From the NCBI GenBank assembly GCA_902770045.1, contig CACXRO010000010.1:25857-89856 (forward strand): a stretch of 64,000 nucleotides of DNA, written 5' to 3'. The stretch comes from an uncultured bacterium (GTDB lineage: Bacteria; Verrucomicrobiota; Kiritimatiellia; RFP12; UBA1067). A program made the position numbers and the translations under genes. Positions 9,857 through 18,462 of the stretch are shown piece after piece. Each line of letters begins with the position of its first letter. Positions within the stretch are counted from its first letter, which is position 1. Under the pieces are notes generated by a model. That model was not told the DNA's origin. It worked only from the letters and a program-made list of their open reading frames with translations, and searched no databases.

Positions 9857-9964
9857 AAGGTTGAAAGGTTGAAAGGTTGAAAGGTTGAAAAGTTGAAAGG
9901 TTGAAAGGTTGAAAGGTTGAAGGGTTGAAGGGTTGAAAGGTTGAAAGGTTGAAGGGTTGGAAGG
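9845..9964 (+). repeat. about 15 tandem copies of the octamer GTTGAAAG (variants GTTGAAGG)
   Basis: The period-8 direct repeat starts inside the last codons of the upstream gene and runs up to the cysS promoter. Confidence 0.95.
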
Positions 9965-9980
9965 CCACGAGCTGCGAATA

Positions 9981-9989
9981 TGGTATAAT
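9981..9989 (+). promoter_or_regulatory. extended -10 (GAATATGGTATAATACAC) for cysS, leaderless
   Basis: TATAAT is at 9984-9989 and ATG is at 9999. Confidence 0.55.
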
Positions 9990-9998
9990 ACACGCCAA

Positions 9999-11405
9999 AT
10001 GAACGTCTACAACAGCCTCTCCAGGAGAGTCGAGGAGCTCAAGCCCCTCGAGGGTAACGTCGTCCGCCTCTACACCTGCGGGCCGACCGTCTACAACTTC
10101 GCCCACATCGGCAACTTCCGCGCCTACACGTTCGAGGACGTCCTCCGGCGCGTCATCCAGTTCTGCGGCATGGGCGTGAAGCAGGTGATGAACCTCACCG
10201 ACGTGGACGACAAGACCATCCGCAACGCCAACGCGAACGGGGTTGCGCTCGGCGACTACACCCAGACCTACAAGGACGCGTTCTTCGCGGACCTGAAGAC
10301 GCTCAACATCCAGCCGGCCGAGGTATACCCGGCGGCGACGGACCACATCCCGGAGATGATCGCGCTCGTCGCGAAGCTGGTCGAGAAGGGCATCGCCTAC
10401 CAGAGCGACGACGGCTCGGTCTACTTCAGCGTCCGCAAGTTCCCGGGCTACGGCAAGCTCGCGCACATCGACTTCGACCACCAGCAGACCGGCCTCAGGT
10501 GCGCGGCCGACGAGTACGACAAGGAGAACGTGGGCGACTTCGCGCTCTGGAAGGCGTGGGAGGAGTCGGACGGCCCCGTCGGCTGGGACTCGCCGTGGGG
10601 GCGCGGCCGCCCGGGCTGGCACATCGAGTGCTCGGCGATGTCGATGAAGTACCTCGGCGAGTCGTTCGACCTCCACACCGGCGGCATCGACAACCTCTTC
10701 CCGCACCACGAGAACGAGATCGCCCAGGCCGAGGCGGCGACCGGCAAGCAGTTCGTGCGCACCTGGATGCACTGCGCCCACTTGAAGGTGAACGGCGAGA
10801 AGATGTCCAAGTCGGCCGGCAACTTCTTCACCCTGCGCGACCTCGTCGAGAAGGGGTATACCGGGCGCGAGATCCGCTACGTTCTCGTGAACGCCCACTA
10901 CCGCACCGGGCTCAACTTCGCCTTCAGCGCGCTCGAGGACGCGCGGCGCTCGCTCGCCCGCGTAGACGAGTGCGTCGACAAGCTCGAGGCTGCCGCGGCC
11001 GGTGCCGCGGGCGACCTCGCCGCCGCGCCTGCTTTCGCGGCGAAGTGCCTTGAGGACTTCACCGCCGCCGTCTCCGACGACCTCAACCTGCCGCGCGGAT
11101 TCGCCGCGCTCTTCGAGCTCGTGCGCGGCGCCAACGCCGCGATGCAGTCCGGCGGACTCAAGCCGGCCGAGGCGGCCGCCGTGCTTGCGGTGTTCCGTCG
11201 CATGGACGAAGTGCTGGGCGTGGTGTTCTTCGGCCGGGCGAAGGCCGAGGCGGTCCCCGCCGAGATCCAGGCGCTCGTCGACCGCCGCGCCGCCGCGCGC
11301 GCGGCGAAGGACTGGGCGGAGTCGGACCGGATCCGCGACGAGCTCGCCGCCGCCGGCTGGGCGGTGAAGGACTCCAAGTCCGGCCAGCAGCTGAGCCGGA
11401 TCTAA
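9999..11405 (+). CDS. cysS: cysteine--tRNA ligase
   Basis: YTCGPTVYNFAHIGN (HIGH motif), KMSKS and the anticodon-binding domain are present. Confidence 0.95.
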   Translation: MNVYNSLSRRVEELKPLEGNVVRLYTCGPTVYNFAHIGNFRAYTFEDVLRRVIQFCGMGVKQVMNLTDVDDKTIRNANANGVALGDYTQTYKDAFFADLKTLNIQPAEVYPAATDHIPEMIALVAKLVEKGIAYQSDDGSVYFSVRKFPGYGKLAHIDFDHQQTGLRCAADEYDKENVGDFALWKAWEESDGPVGWDSPWGRGRPGWHIECSAMSMKYLGESFDLHTGGIDNLFPHHENEIAQAEAATGKQFVRTWMHCAHLKVNGEKMSKSAGNFFTLRDLVEKGYTGREIRYVLVNAHYRTGLNFAFSALEDARRSLARVDECVDKLEAAAAGAAGDLAAAPAFAAKCLEDFTAAVSDDLNLPRGFAALFELVRGANAAMQSGGLKPAEAAAVLAVFRRMDEVLGVVFFGRAKAEAVPAEIQALVDRRAAARAAKDWAESDRIRDELAAAGWAVKDSKSGQQLSRI

Positions 11406-11417
11406 GTCAAAAGCCAC

Positions 11418-11436
11418 GCGCAGCGCGATTTTTTGG
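11418..11436 (+). terminator. possible short hairpin plus T-run after cysS
   Basis: cgcgcagcgcg is followed by attttttgg and overlaps the next promoter. Confidence 0.3.
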
Positions 11437-11442
11437 TATAAT
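11434..11442 (+). promoter_or_regulatory. extended -10 (TGGTATAATACAC), leaderless
   Basis: TATAAT is at 11437-11442 and ATG is at 11451. Confidence 0.55.
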
Positions 11443-11450
11443 ACACCTAA

Positions 11451-12734
11451 ATGGACAAGGTATACCAGACTGCCGTCTTCGAGGGCGGGGTGCTGCGCGT
11501 AATGGCTTCCGGCGTGAAGAGCCGGGAGGCCGCGCTGGCGCTGCCGCTCGGGCGGCTGCTCGTCAGGCTGGTGCGCGTCGCCGAAGGCGAGGACCCGGTC
11601 GAGGTTGCGCGCGGCGTGCTGTCCGCGGCAAGCCCGTTCCCGGACGAGCCGCTTGCGGTCGGCCTCGAGAAGGTCTGCGACGAGGCCGGCGGCCGCGCGG
11701 TGTACCTTGCCGCGGCGCTGCCCGAGGGCTCGGCCGACGACATCGCCGACGCGCTCGACGCGGCGAAGCTGAACGTCGTGAGGGTCGACGCGCTGGTGCT
11801 CGGCGAGCTGCGCGGCGTCTGGCGGGCGATCGGCGGCGAGGGCCGCCGGCTCGTGGTCTTCGAGGGCCCGGACTGCGTGTCGCTCGTTGTCCTCGACGCG
11901 GACCTCCCCGTCTCCATCCGCGCCGCGTCTCCTGGCTCGGACCTGAGGCGCGAGGCGATGCTTTCCCTTTTGGAGGCCGAGGACTTCGGCGGACCGAAGC
12001 CGCTCGGCGAAGTGGTGCGCGTCCGGCGCGAGGCCGAGGATTCCGCGGCGGATTCCGCGGCGGAACCACCAGCCGAGCCTGCGCCCGACCCGCTCGCCTC
12101 GTTCGGCGCGCCGGTGCGCTCGATCGAGATTGGCGCCGACGCGGGGCTCGCGGGCATAGCCGAGCGCACTGCCGAGGACGGCTCGCTCAACGCGATGCCC
12201 GACAGCTGGCGCGAAGTGCTCGCCGAGACGCGCTTCAAGGCGAAGCTCCTGCGCAACATGATTGCCGCGGTCGCGGTGTGGCTGGTGGCGATGGCGGTCC
12301 TTTTCGGGGTGCCGGTCGCATACGGATACATGACCGACCACCAGAAGGAGCTCTGCAGGCGCCACGCCAAGCAGTACAAGGCGGTGTCGGACAAGAAGGC
12401 GAAGGTGAAGCTGGTCAGGAAGTACTCCGACCACTCGCGCGGCGCGCTGGAGATAATGAAGGCGGTGTCGGACCGTCTGCCCGACGGGGTGACGCTCTCC
12501 TCCTGGGACTTCACGCGCGACGACGGCGTGCGCCTGCGCGCGGAGTCGGACGACTCCAGCTCCGCCTACCAGCTCAAGGACGCGCTCGCGGAGATGTGCG
12601 CCGAGGGCGAGGACGGCGAGGACGCCGAGGGCGAGAAGATCTTCGAGGTGGTGCGCCTCGGCGCGCTCAGCAAGCAGAAGGACGGCAAGCAGAAGTTCGA
12701 GATCGAGTGCAGCCACAAGACGGAGGAGGAGTAG
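11451..12734 (+). CDS. GspL-like / PilM-PilN-fusion-like inner-membrane secretion assembly protein
   Basis: Cytoplasmic domain of about 250 aa, a single transmembrane segment (MIAAVAVWLVAMAVLFGV) and a periplasmic domain of about 130 aa. It sits immediately upstream of a GspM/PilO-like gene and a secretin gene. Confidence 0.5.
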   Translation: MDKVYQTAVFEGGVLRVMASGVKSREAALALPLGRLLVRLVRVAEGEDPVEVARGVLSAASPFPDEPLAVGLEKVCDEAGGRAVYLAAALPEGSADDIADALDAAKLNVVRVDALVLGELRGVWRAIGGEGRRLVVFEGPDCVSLVVLDADLPVSIRAASPGSDLRREAMLSLLEAEDFGGPKPLGEVVRVRREAEDSAADSAAEPPAEPAPDPLASFGAPVRSIEIGADAGLAGIAERTAEDGSLNAMPDSWREVLAETRFKAKLLRNMIAAVAVWLVAMAVLFGVPVAYGYMTDHQKELCRRHAKQYKAVSDKKAKVKLVRKYSDHSRGALEIMKAVSDRLPDGVTLSSWDFTRDDGVRLRAESDDSSSAYQLKDALAEMCAEGEDGEDAEGEKIFEVVRLGALSKQKDGKQKFEIECSHKTEEE

Positions 12735-12739
12735 CCGAC

Positions 12740-13273
12740 ATGGACGACGCGAAGCTCAGGGAGAAGGCGATGATGGCCGTGGTGGCCGTCGTCGTGCTCT
12801 ACGCCGTCGCGGTCGGGGTCTGGTTCTTCAGCGCCGAAAGCGCGTGGAAGCGCGCGGCGAAGGCGTATGGCAGGGAGTGCGACCGGTACGAGCAGGAGGA
12901 AAAGCTCATTTCCGAGAGGCGCAAGTGGAACGAGCTCTACGACCGCGAAAAGGCGGCGATGCCCACCTTCGAGGCGGGCAAGGCGACGGACACGGTGTGG
13001 CTCCGGAAGGTGGAGGACCTCGCTCGCACCAACCTGGTGCTGATCACCTCGATCGACTCCGGCAAGGAGGTGGAGGCGGGGGACGTCCTGGAGCTGCCGA
13101 TCGAGGTGAAGAGCTGGGAGGGTTCGCTGGAGGCGCTGGTGAAGTTCATGCACGCGCTCGAGAACACGCCAGAGGGGATGTTCGACGTCAAGGAGATCAG
13201 CCTTAGGCCCAGCCAGAAGAAAGGGTACCTCAGGGGGTCGCTCTCGATAACCTGCGCGTACATGAGGGAGTAG
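12740..13273 (+). CDS. GspM/PilO-like bitopic periplasmic protein
   Basis: N-terminal transmembrane segment (AMMAVVAVVVLYAVAVGVWFF), a coiled coil and a periplasmic ferredoxin-like domain. Its position between the GspL-like gene and the secretin supports the call. Confidence 0.5.
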   Translation: MDDAKLREKAMMAVVAVVVLYAVAVGVWFFSAESAWKRAAKAYGRECDRYEQEEKLISERRKWNELYDREKAAMPTFEAGKATDTVWLRKVEDLARTNLVLITSIDSGKEVEAGDVLELPIEVKSWEGSLEALVKFMHALENTPEGMFDVKEISLRPSQKKGYLRGSLSITCAYMRE

Positions 13274-13301
13274 GATTTACAACGAAAACGGAGCGGTGAA
13301 C

Positions 13302-16211
13302 ATGAAATCGACGTTCAAGAGAATCTTCGTCCTGGCGGCAGTGGCCGCTCTCGCGGCGGCGGACGCCGCGGCGCAGGGAGGGCTGCTCAATCTGCCTCGT
13401 GCCAGCGGTGCTGGTGCCGCCGCCCGCAAGGGTGCGCGTCCCGCCGGCGCGGTCCGTCCGGCGGCGAACCCGGCGCCCGCGGCGCAGCCGGCGGGCGAGG
13501 GCAAGACGGTGGAGCCCGGCGGCAGGTCGATCGAGTTCAACCAGGCGCCGGTCGAGATGGTCTTCAAGGTCTACGGCGAGCTGAAGAACGTGACCGTCCT
13601 CAAGGACCCCCAGACGCCGTCCGCAACCATCACCCTGCAGCCGCTGCAGGGCCAGGAGCTGTCCGACGAGGACAAGATCGAGGCGATCGAGACGGTGCTG
13701 GAGATGAACGGCATCCACCTCGAGCCATACGGCGAGAAGTTCTGCCGCGCGATCCCGCGCAAGGACGTGCGCAAGGACGGCATTCCGCTGATCATGGACC
13801 CGAATGCGGAGCTCAGGGAGTCGACGCGCGTCGTCTCGCTGGTGGTGCCGTTCCACAACATCTCGGTCGAGGAGGCGCAGAAGGCGCTGGAGGGCTTCAA
13901 GTCCGCCAACGGCGTGCTGCTCGTCTTCGAGCGCACCAACTCGATCATCATCACCGACACCGAGGCGAACATCAACCGGATGCGCGAGATCGCCCGGATG
14001 ATCGACGTCGAGACGCCGGTCACGGAGAACGTGTTTGTGCGCCAGATCCACAACGCGGCGGCGGTGGACATCAAGACGGCGCTCGAGGCGATCGTGCAGA
14101 AGAGCAAGGAGGAGCTGGAGAAGGACGGCAAGCAGCCGAAGACCGCGGCGCAGTCGGCGAGCGCCGCGCCGACGACCCCGTTCGGCCCGCGTCTGCTCAA
14201 CCGCGCCAATCCGCAGCCGGCGGCGCCGGTAAACCAGCCGTCGCTCGTGACCTCGGTCTCCGACGCCGACCGCGGCATGATCCGCGGCAAGGTGCTGATC
14301 CTCTCCGACGAGCGCTCGAACAAGCTCATCATCGTGACCTCGAAGTCGAACATGGACTTCTTCGACAAGGTGATCGAGCAGCTGGACGTGGAGACGACGC
14401 CGCCGACGGTGGTGAAGGTCTACCGGCTCAAGTACGCCGAGGCGGAGGACGTCTCGGACATGATCAACGACCTCATCGGCAACGCGCCGTCGAGCAAGGC
14501 GAGCGCGAAGTCGAGCCAGAACGCCGCGGCGAAGACCTCGACCGGCGGCGGCGCGAACATGACCACCGGACACACCGCCGCGCCGCGCCAGTCCGCCAAC
14601 AAGCGCACCGGCGAGCCGCAGGCGGGCGAGCTCTCCAAGGAGAACACCACCGTCCTCGCAGACGAGCGCATCAACGGCCTGGTGGTGATGACTCAGAAGG
14701 AGCTCGTCCCTACCGTCGAGGCCATCATCGAGGCGATGGACATCAAGCTCTCCCAGGTGCTGATCGAGACGGTGATCATCGAGGTCACGCTCGGCGACGA
14801 GCTGAAGACCGGGGTCGACTGGGTGCAGAACGGCCGTCACAACAGGCTCGGATCCGGGAACGGGGCGCTCTACCAGAAGCTTGACCGCTACGAGGCCTAT
14901 GACAACCTCGATCCGTCGGACGAGGAGAAGCATCGCTACGGGCTCATCTACGGGAACGACGGCAAATGGTACCAGCCGGTCTACGAATGGGTCAATGCAT
15001 CGGTCGACGAACTGACCAAGGGAGACTTCTGGACCGGCAATTCCGGCTACGCGGCGGCCCTGGCCGGCGGCGCATCGGGCGGCAGCAGCGCCGTCGGCGC
15101 GGCCCTGGCCGGTGCCGCGGTCACCAATCTGTTCGGCAGCAGCATAAACTACATCTTCAAGTCCGACAAGCTCAATCTGTCAGCCGTCATCCAGGCGACG
15201 AAGACCGACAACCGCGCCAAGTACATCGCCTCGCCCATCATCATGACTGTAGACAACAAGGAGGCGAACATCGATGCCACCGAGAACCGCCAGTTTCTCA
15301 CCGGCTGGACCGCGCAGTCCGGCTCGTACGGAAACAGCGGGCAGCCGACGCCGAACTACAGCGCGAAGGACATCGGCATCAAGCTCAAGATTACGCCCAA
15401 GATCAACCCCAACGGAACGGTGATGCTCAATGTCGAGGAGGAGTACTCCCAGTTCATCGAGGGTGGGCAGTCGATGCTGATCGCGCAGGGCGGGATTTAC
15501 GTTCCCGGGCACGTCGACCTGGCCATCGAGCGGAAAATGAACGCTGACGTGCTGCTAGATAATGGGCAGACGGTCATTTTCGGCGGACTTACAGAGACGA
15601 AGACGTCTGAGAGTGAAACCGGCATTCCGATCCTCAAGGATATCCCCTGGATTGGTAAGTGGCTGTTCGGGAAGGTCGAGCAGAGCGAAGGTCGCAAGGA
15701 GCTGCTGGTCTTCATGACCCCGTACGTGCTCAACGACGGCGAGGAGGCCCAGGTCGAGGCGATGCGCCGCAAGAAGGCGGTTTCGGATCCGCGTCCGTGG
15801 GACGACCACGGCTGGTCGCTCAGCGAGCTTGCCGACCCCGTCTCCAAGCGCGAGATGCTCCGCCGCCTGAAGGACGAGTGGGCCAAGCAGGACGAGGACC
15901 GCAAGACCAAGCTCGCCATCGAGAAGGCGAAGGTGGAGCGGGTCAAGAAGCTCAAGGAGATGTCGAAGGCCGAGCGCGACGAGTGGCTCGAGATGCACAA
16001 GGACGAGCTTGAGAAGGAGCAGAAGAAGGAACTCGAGGAGAAGATGCTCGACGAGGAGAGCCAGGAGGATCTAAAGAAGCTGGCCGCCGAGGTGCGCGAG
16101 CGCAAGCTCAAGGAGGCGGCAGCGGAGCTGGGCGCGGCGGACGAGGCCTACAGGGGCGAGAACGCCCGCGCGGTGAAGGATCGCGAAGACGCCGAGAAGG
16201 CCGAGAAATAA
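13302..16211 (+). CDS. type II/IV secretion system secretin (GspD/PilQ family) with lysine/glutamate-rich C-terminal tail
   Basis: Signal peptide, N0/N1-like domains and a secretin domain (VIFGGL..PILKDIPWIGKWLFG) are present. The last ~200 aa form a charged coiled-coil-like extension. Confidence 0.85.
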   Translation: MKSTFKRIFVLAAVAALAAADAAAQGGLLNLPRASGAGAAARKGARPAGAVRPAANPAPAAQPAGEGKTVEPGGRSIEFNQAPVEMVFKVYGELKNVTVLKDPQTPSATITLQPLQGQELSDEDKIEAIETVLEMNGIHLEPYGEKFCRAIPRKDVRKDGIPLIMDPNAELRESTRVVSLVVPFHNISVEEAQKALEGFKSANGVLLVFERTNSIIITDTEANINRMREIARMIDVETPVTENVFVRQIHNAAAVDIKTALEAIVQKSKEELEKDGKQPKTAAQSASAAPTTPFGPRLLNRANPQPAAPVNQPSLVTSVSDADRGMIRGKVLILSDERSNKLIIVTSKSNMDFFDKVIEQLDVETTPPTVVKVYRLKYAEAEDVSDMINDLIGNAPSSKASAKSSQNAAAKTSTGGGANMTTGHTAAPRQSANKRTGEPQAGELSKENTTVLADERINGLVVMTQKELVPTVEAIIEAMDIKLSQVLIETVIIEVTLGDELKTGVDWVQNGRHNRLGSGNGALYQKLDRYEAYDNLDPSDEEKHRYGLIYGNDGKWYQPVYEWVNASVDELTKGDFWTGNSGYAAALAGGASGGSSAVGAALAGAAVTNLFGSSINYIFKSDKLNLSAVIQATKTDNRAKYIASPIIMTVDNKEANIDATENRQFLTGWTAQSGSYGNSGQPTPNYSAKDIGIKLKITPKINPNGTVMLNVEEEYSQFIEGGQSMLIAQGGIYVPGHVDLAIERKMNADVLLDNGQTVIFGGLTETKTSESETGIPILKDIPWIGKWLFGKVEQSEGRKELLVFMTPYVLNDGEEAQVEAMRRKKAVSDPRPWDDHGWSLSELADPVSKREMLRRLKDEWAKQDEDRKTKLAIEKAKVERVKKLKEMSKAERDEWLEMHKDELEKEQKKELEEKMLDEESQEDLKKLAAEVRERKLKEAAAELGAADEAYRGENARAVKDREDAEKAEK

Positions 16212-16237
16212 GTGGAGCTTAGGAAAGGAGACAAGCC

Positions 16238-16843
16238 ATGAAGTTCATAGCCGCAGTTCTGTGTGTCGTTTCGCTGTCGACCGCCTCGTTCGCCGGGGCG
16301 CAGCGCGAGAGCGAGTTCGCCTCCGGCGGAAGCTGGACGCCGTTCGCCATCGGCCTGCTGCCGCCGGTCCAGGTCCCCGGGGCGGACTGGGACGTCGTCG
16401 GTCTGAGGCTCGGCATCCTCGCCGCCCGCCACCACAACGTGCTCTTCCTGAGCGCGAGCGGACTCGTAGACCTCGCCGCCGGCGACGTGAACGGCGTCGA
16501 GGTGGCGGGGCTCTGCAACCACATCGGCAGGAGCTCCGGCGTGTTCCAGGTCGCCGGCGTCGTCAACAGCGTCGACGGCGACTTTGCCGGCGTGCAGGTG
16601 GCCGGCGTCTACAACGCGGTCAACGCCAATGCCGCGGGGGCGTCGGTGGCCGCGTTCAACCGCGCCGAGCAGATGGAGGGGCTGCAGGTCGGAGTCTTCA
16701 ACCGCGCCCGGGCGCTCAGCGGAGTGCAGGTAGGCGTGGTCAACCTGGTCGAAGACGGGTCCGAGTGCATCCAGTTCGGCCTCGTCAACGTGATGCGCGA
16801 CGGAATCTACCCGGTGATGCCGGTGCTGAACATCGGCTTCTGA
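16238..16843 (+). CDS. secreted repeat protein, possibly an outer-membrane beta-barrel
   Basis: Signal peptide, repeated G[VL]QV[AG]GV.N units and a C-terminal ...NIGF terminal-Phe signature. Confidence 0.4.
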   Translation: MKFIAAVLCVVSLSTASFAGAQRESEFASGGSWTPFAIGLLPPVQVPGADWDVVGLRLGILAARHHNVLFLSASGLVDLAAGDVNGVEVAGLCNHIGRSSGVFQVAGVVNSVDGDFAGVQVAGVYNAVNANAAGASVAAFNRAEQMEGLQVGVFNRARALSGVQVGVVNLVEDGSECIQFGLVNVMRDGIYPVMPVLNIGF

Positions 16844-16861
16844 GCCGAGGAGGGGATTGGC

Positions 16862-17779
16862 TTGACGCGGCGGTTCCGAGTTGTCGCTGGTCCGAATGGG
16901 TCGGGCAAGACGACGCTGATGCGCCGCCTCGCCGCCGACTACGCGGTCAACTTCTACTCCGTGGTCAACGCCGACGACATACTCGCCGAGATTGCGCGCA
17001 CCGGCGGCTATTCGCCGCGCATCCCGATCGACGGCGCCGCGCTGCGCGACTTTGCGATGGCTTCGTCTTATCCGAATGAGGTAAAGCGGCTCTTCGCCGA
17101 CGGCGCGGTATTCGTCGACGCCGACTGCGTGCGTTTTGCGCCTGGCGCGGCGGGCTCGTATTCGGCGGCGCTGCTGGCGAACTTCGTCGCCGCCGAGCAC
17201 GTCCGCCAGGGGGTCAGCTTCTCGCAGGAGACTGCGTTTTCGCATCCTTCGAAGATCGATGCGCTGGCGGCGGCGCGCGAGGCCGGGTTCAGGACATATC
17301 TCTACTTCGTCGCCACCGATTCGCCGGACGTGAACGTAGCCAGGGTGGGGAACCGCGTGCGCCTTGCCGGGCATCCGGTGCCGCCGGAGAAGATCGTCTC
17401 CCGCTACGCCAAGTCGATCGAGAACGCGGCGGCGGCGCTGCCGTACCTTTCCCGTGCGTTTTTCTTCGACAACAGCGCCGAGGAGATGCGGTATATCGGC
17501 GAGTGGAACGCCGAGGGAGGATTTGCTGCCAACGGCGACGCGGCGGCGCCGCGATGGTTCGGGGCGCTGGCGGAGGCGATGTCCGGCAAGAAGGCGGGCA
17601 CGCCGGAGGCGGACGAGGACGAGGTGGCTACATCGCGCCTGGCGCAGTCGGCGGCGGAGGCGAGCCGCGAGGCGGTGGCGAGGGCGTTTGCCGCCGGGCT
17701 GTCGGTGACGGTGGCAAGGGAGGGGAAGGTAATCGAGCTTTCGCCCGACGGCACCGAACGAGTGGTCAAGACGATATGA
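16862..17779 (+). CDS. zeta-toxin family P-loop kinase (AAA_33/Zeta_toxin), no cognate epsilon antitoxin
   Basis: Walker A GPNGSGKTT and the RV..R..GHPVP..I..RY motif typical of PezT/zeta toxins are present. It uses a TTG start, and there is a ~100 aa C-terminal extension. Confidence 0.6.
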   Translation: MTRRFRVVAGPNGSGKTTLMRRLAADYAVNFYSVVNADDILAEIARTGGYSPRIPIDGAALRDFAMASSYPNEVKRLFADGAVFVDADCVRFAPGAAGSYSAALLANFVAAEHVRQGVSFSQETAFSHPSKIDALAAAREAGFRTYLYFVATDSPDVNVARVGNRVRLAGHPVPPEKIVSRYAKSIENAAAALPYLSRAFFFDNSAEEMRYIGEWNAEGGFAANGDAAAPRWFGALAEAMSGKKAGTPEADEDEVATSRLAQSAAEASREAVARAFAAGLSVTVAREGKVIELSPDGTERVVKTI

Positions 17780-18462
17780 AGACAATAAATAGAATTATGG
17801 TGGTGGCGGCGGTGGTGGCTGCGATGGCCGGCTGCTGGACGTTCAACGAGACCGAGTATCCGGTGGAGGAGACGACCGCGGCGGCGACCAACCTCTCTGT
17901 GGCGGTGATCGGCTACAAGGCGACGTTCACCGACTACGAGCCGGTGACCGGATACTCCTCGGTGTATGTCCCCGGCTGGTACGGCTACCGCTACTACCAC
18001 CCAGGCCACTTCGAGACCGTCGCCTCCACCGCCTACGTGCCGCTCCGGCGCGAGTCCGACGCCTACCTGGTGCGGGCGAAGGAGCGGTTCGAGGGCGCCG
18101 GCTTCGCCGTCGGCGCGGCGGTTCCGAAAGTTTCGGTGGAGGTGCAGTTCGCGGGGCCGTTCGACTCGGACGGAGACCTGGGCCGGGCTCTGCTGTGGTC
18201 GGTCGGGACGATCTTCTTCTGCGACTACTCCTCGCAGCGCTGGACGGCGAAGCTGACGATACGCGACAACACCGACGGCAGGCTGCTGCTGCGGCGCGAG
18301 TTCGAGCAGAAGTACGAGGCGAACGTGTTCTCGCCCATTCCGATCTTCGGGCCGGCGTCGTGCGACAAGACCAGCTCGGCGGCCATGCAGTGCTGGTGCC
18401 TCTCGGCGCTCACCGACCGCACCGTCGCCGCCGCCACCGCCTTCCTCGCCGGAGGCAAGTGA
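17776..18462 (+). CDS. lipoprotein, function unknown
   Basis: Lipobox AAMAGC. Its start overlaps the zeta-like gene stop (ATGA). Confidence 0.55.
   Translation: MKTINRIMVVAAVVAAMAGCWTFNETEYPVEETTAAATNLSVAVIGYKATFTDYEPVTGYSSVYVPGWYGYRYYHPGHFETVASTAYVPLRRESDAYLVRAKERFEGAGFAVGAAVPKVSVEVQFAGPFDSDGDLGRALLWSVGTIFFCDYSSQRWTAKLTIRDNTDGRLLLRREFEQKYEANVFSPIPIFGPASCDKTSSAAMQCWCLSALTDRTVAAATAFLAGGK

Noticed and set aside
9845-9964. Possible CRISPR array
   Set aside because: The repeat unit is only 8 nt and is tandem without unique spacers, and no cas genes are nearby. It is a simple microsatellite, not a CRISPR array.
9528-12716. Very long minus-strand ORFs (e.g. 9528-12716, 5904-8099, 2450-4726, 13230-14933, 18564-20678, 28275-30530) and long alternative + frames (e.g. 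1735-4665, 5990-7708, 28193-31297)
   Set aside because: They are Arg/Ala/Gly/Pro-rich low-complexity translations typical of off-frame or antisense reading of ~68% GC DNA. Each overlaps a well-supported, motif-bearing gene, and none shows a recognisable motif.
16238-16861. Epsilon/PezA-type antitoxin upstream of the zeta-like kinase
   Set aside because: The upstream gene encodes a signal-peptide-bearing repeat protein and the intergenic gap is 18 nt, with no room for a small antitoxin ORF.
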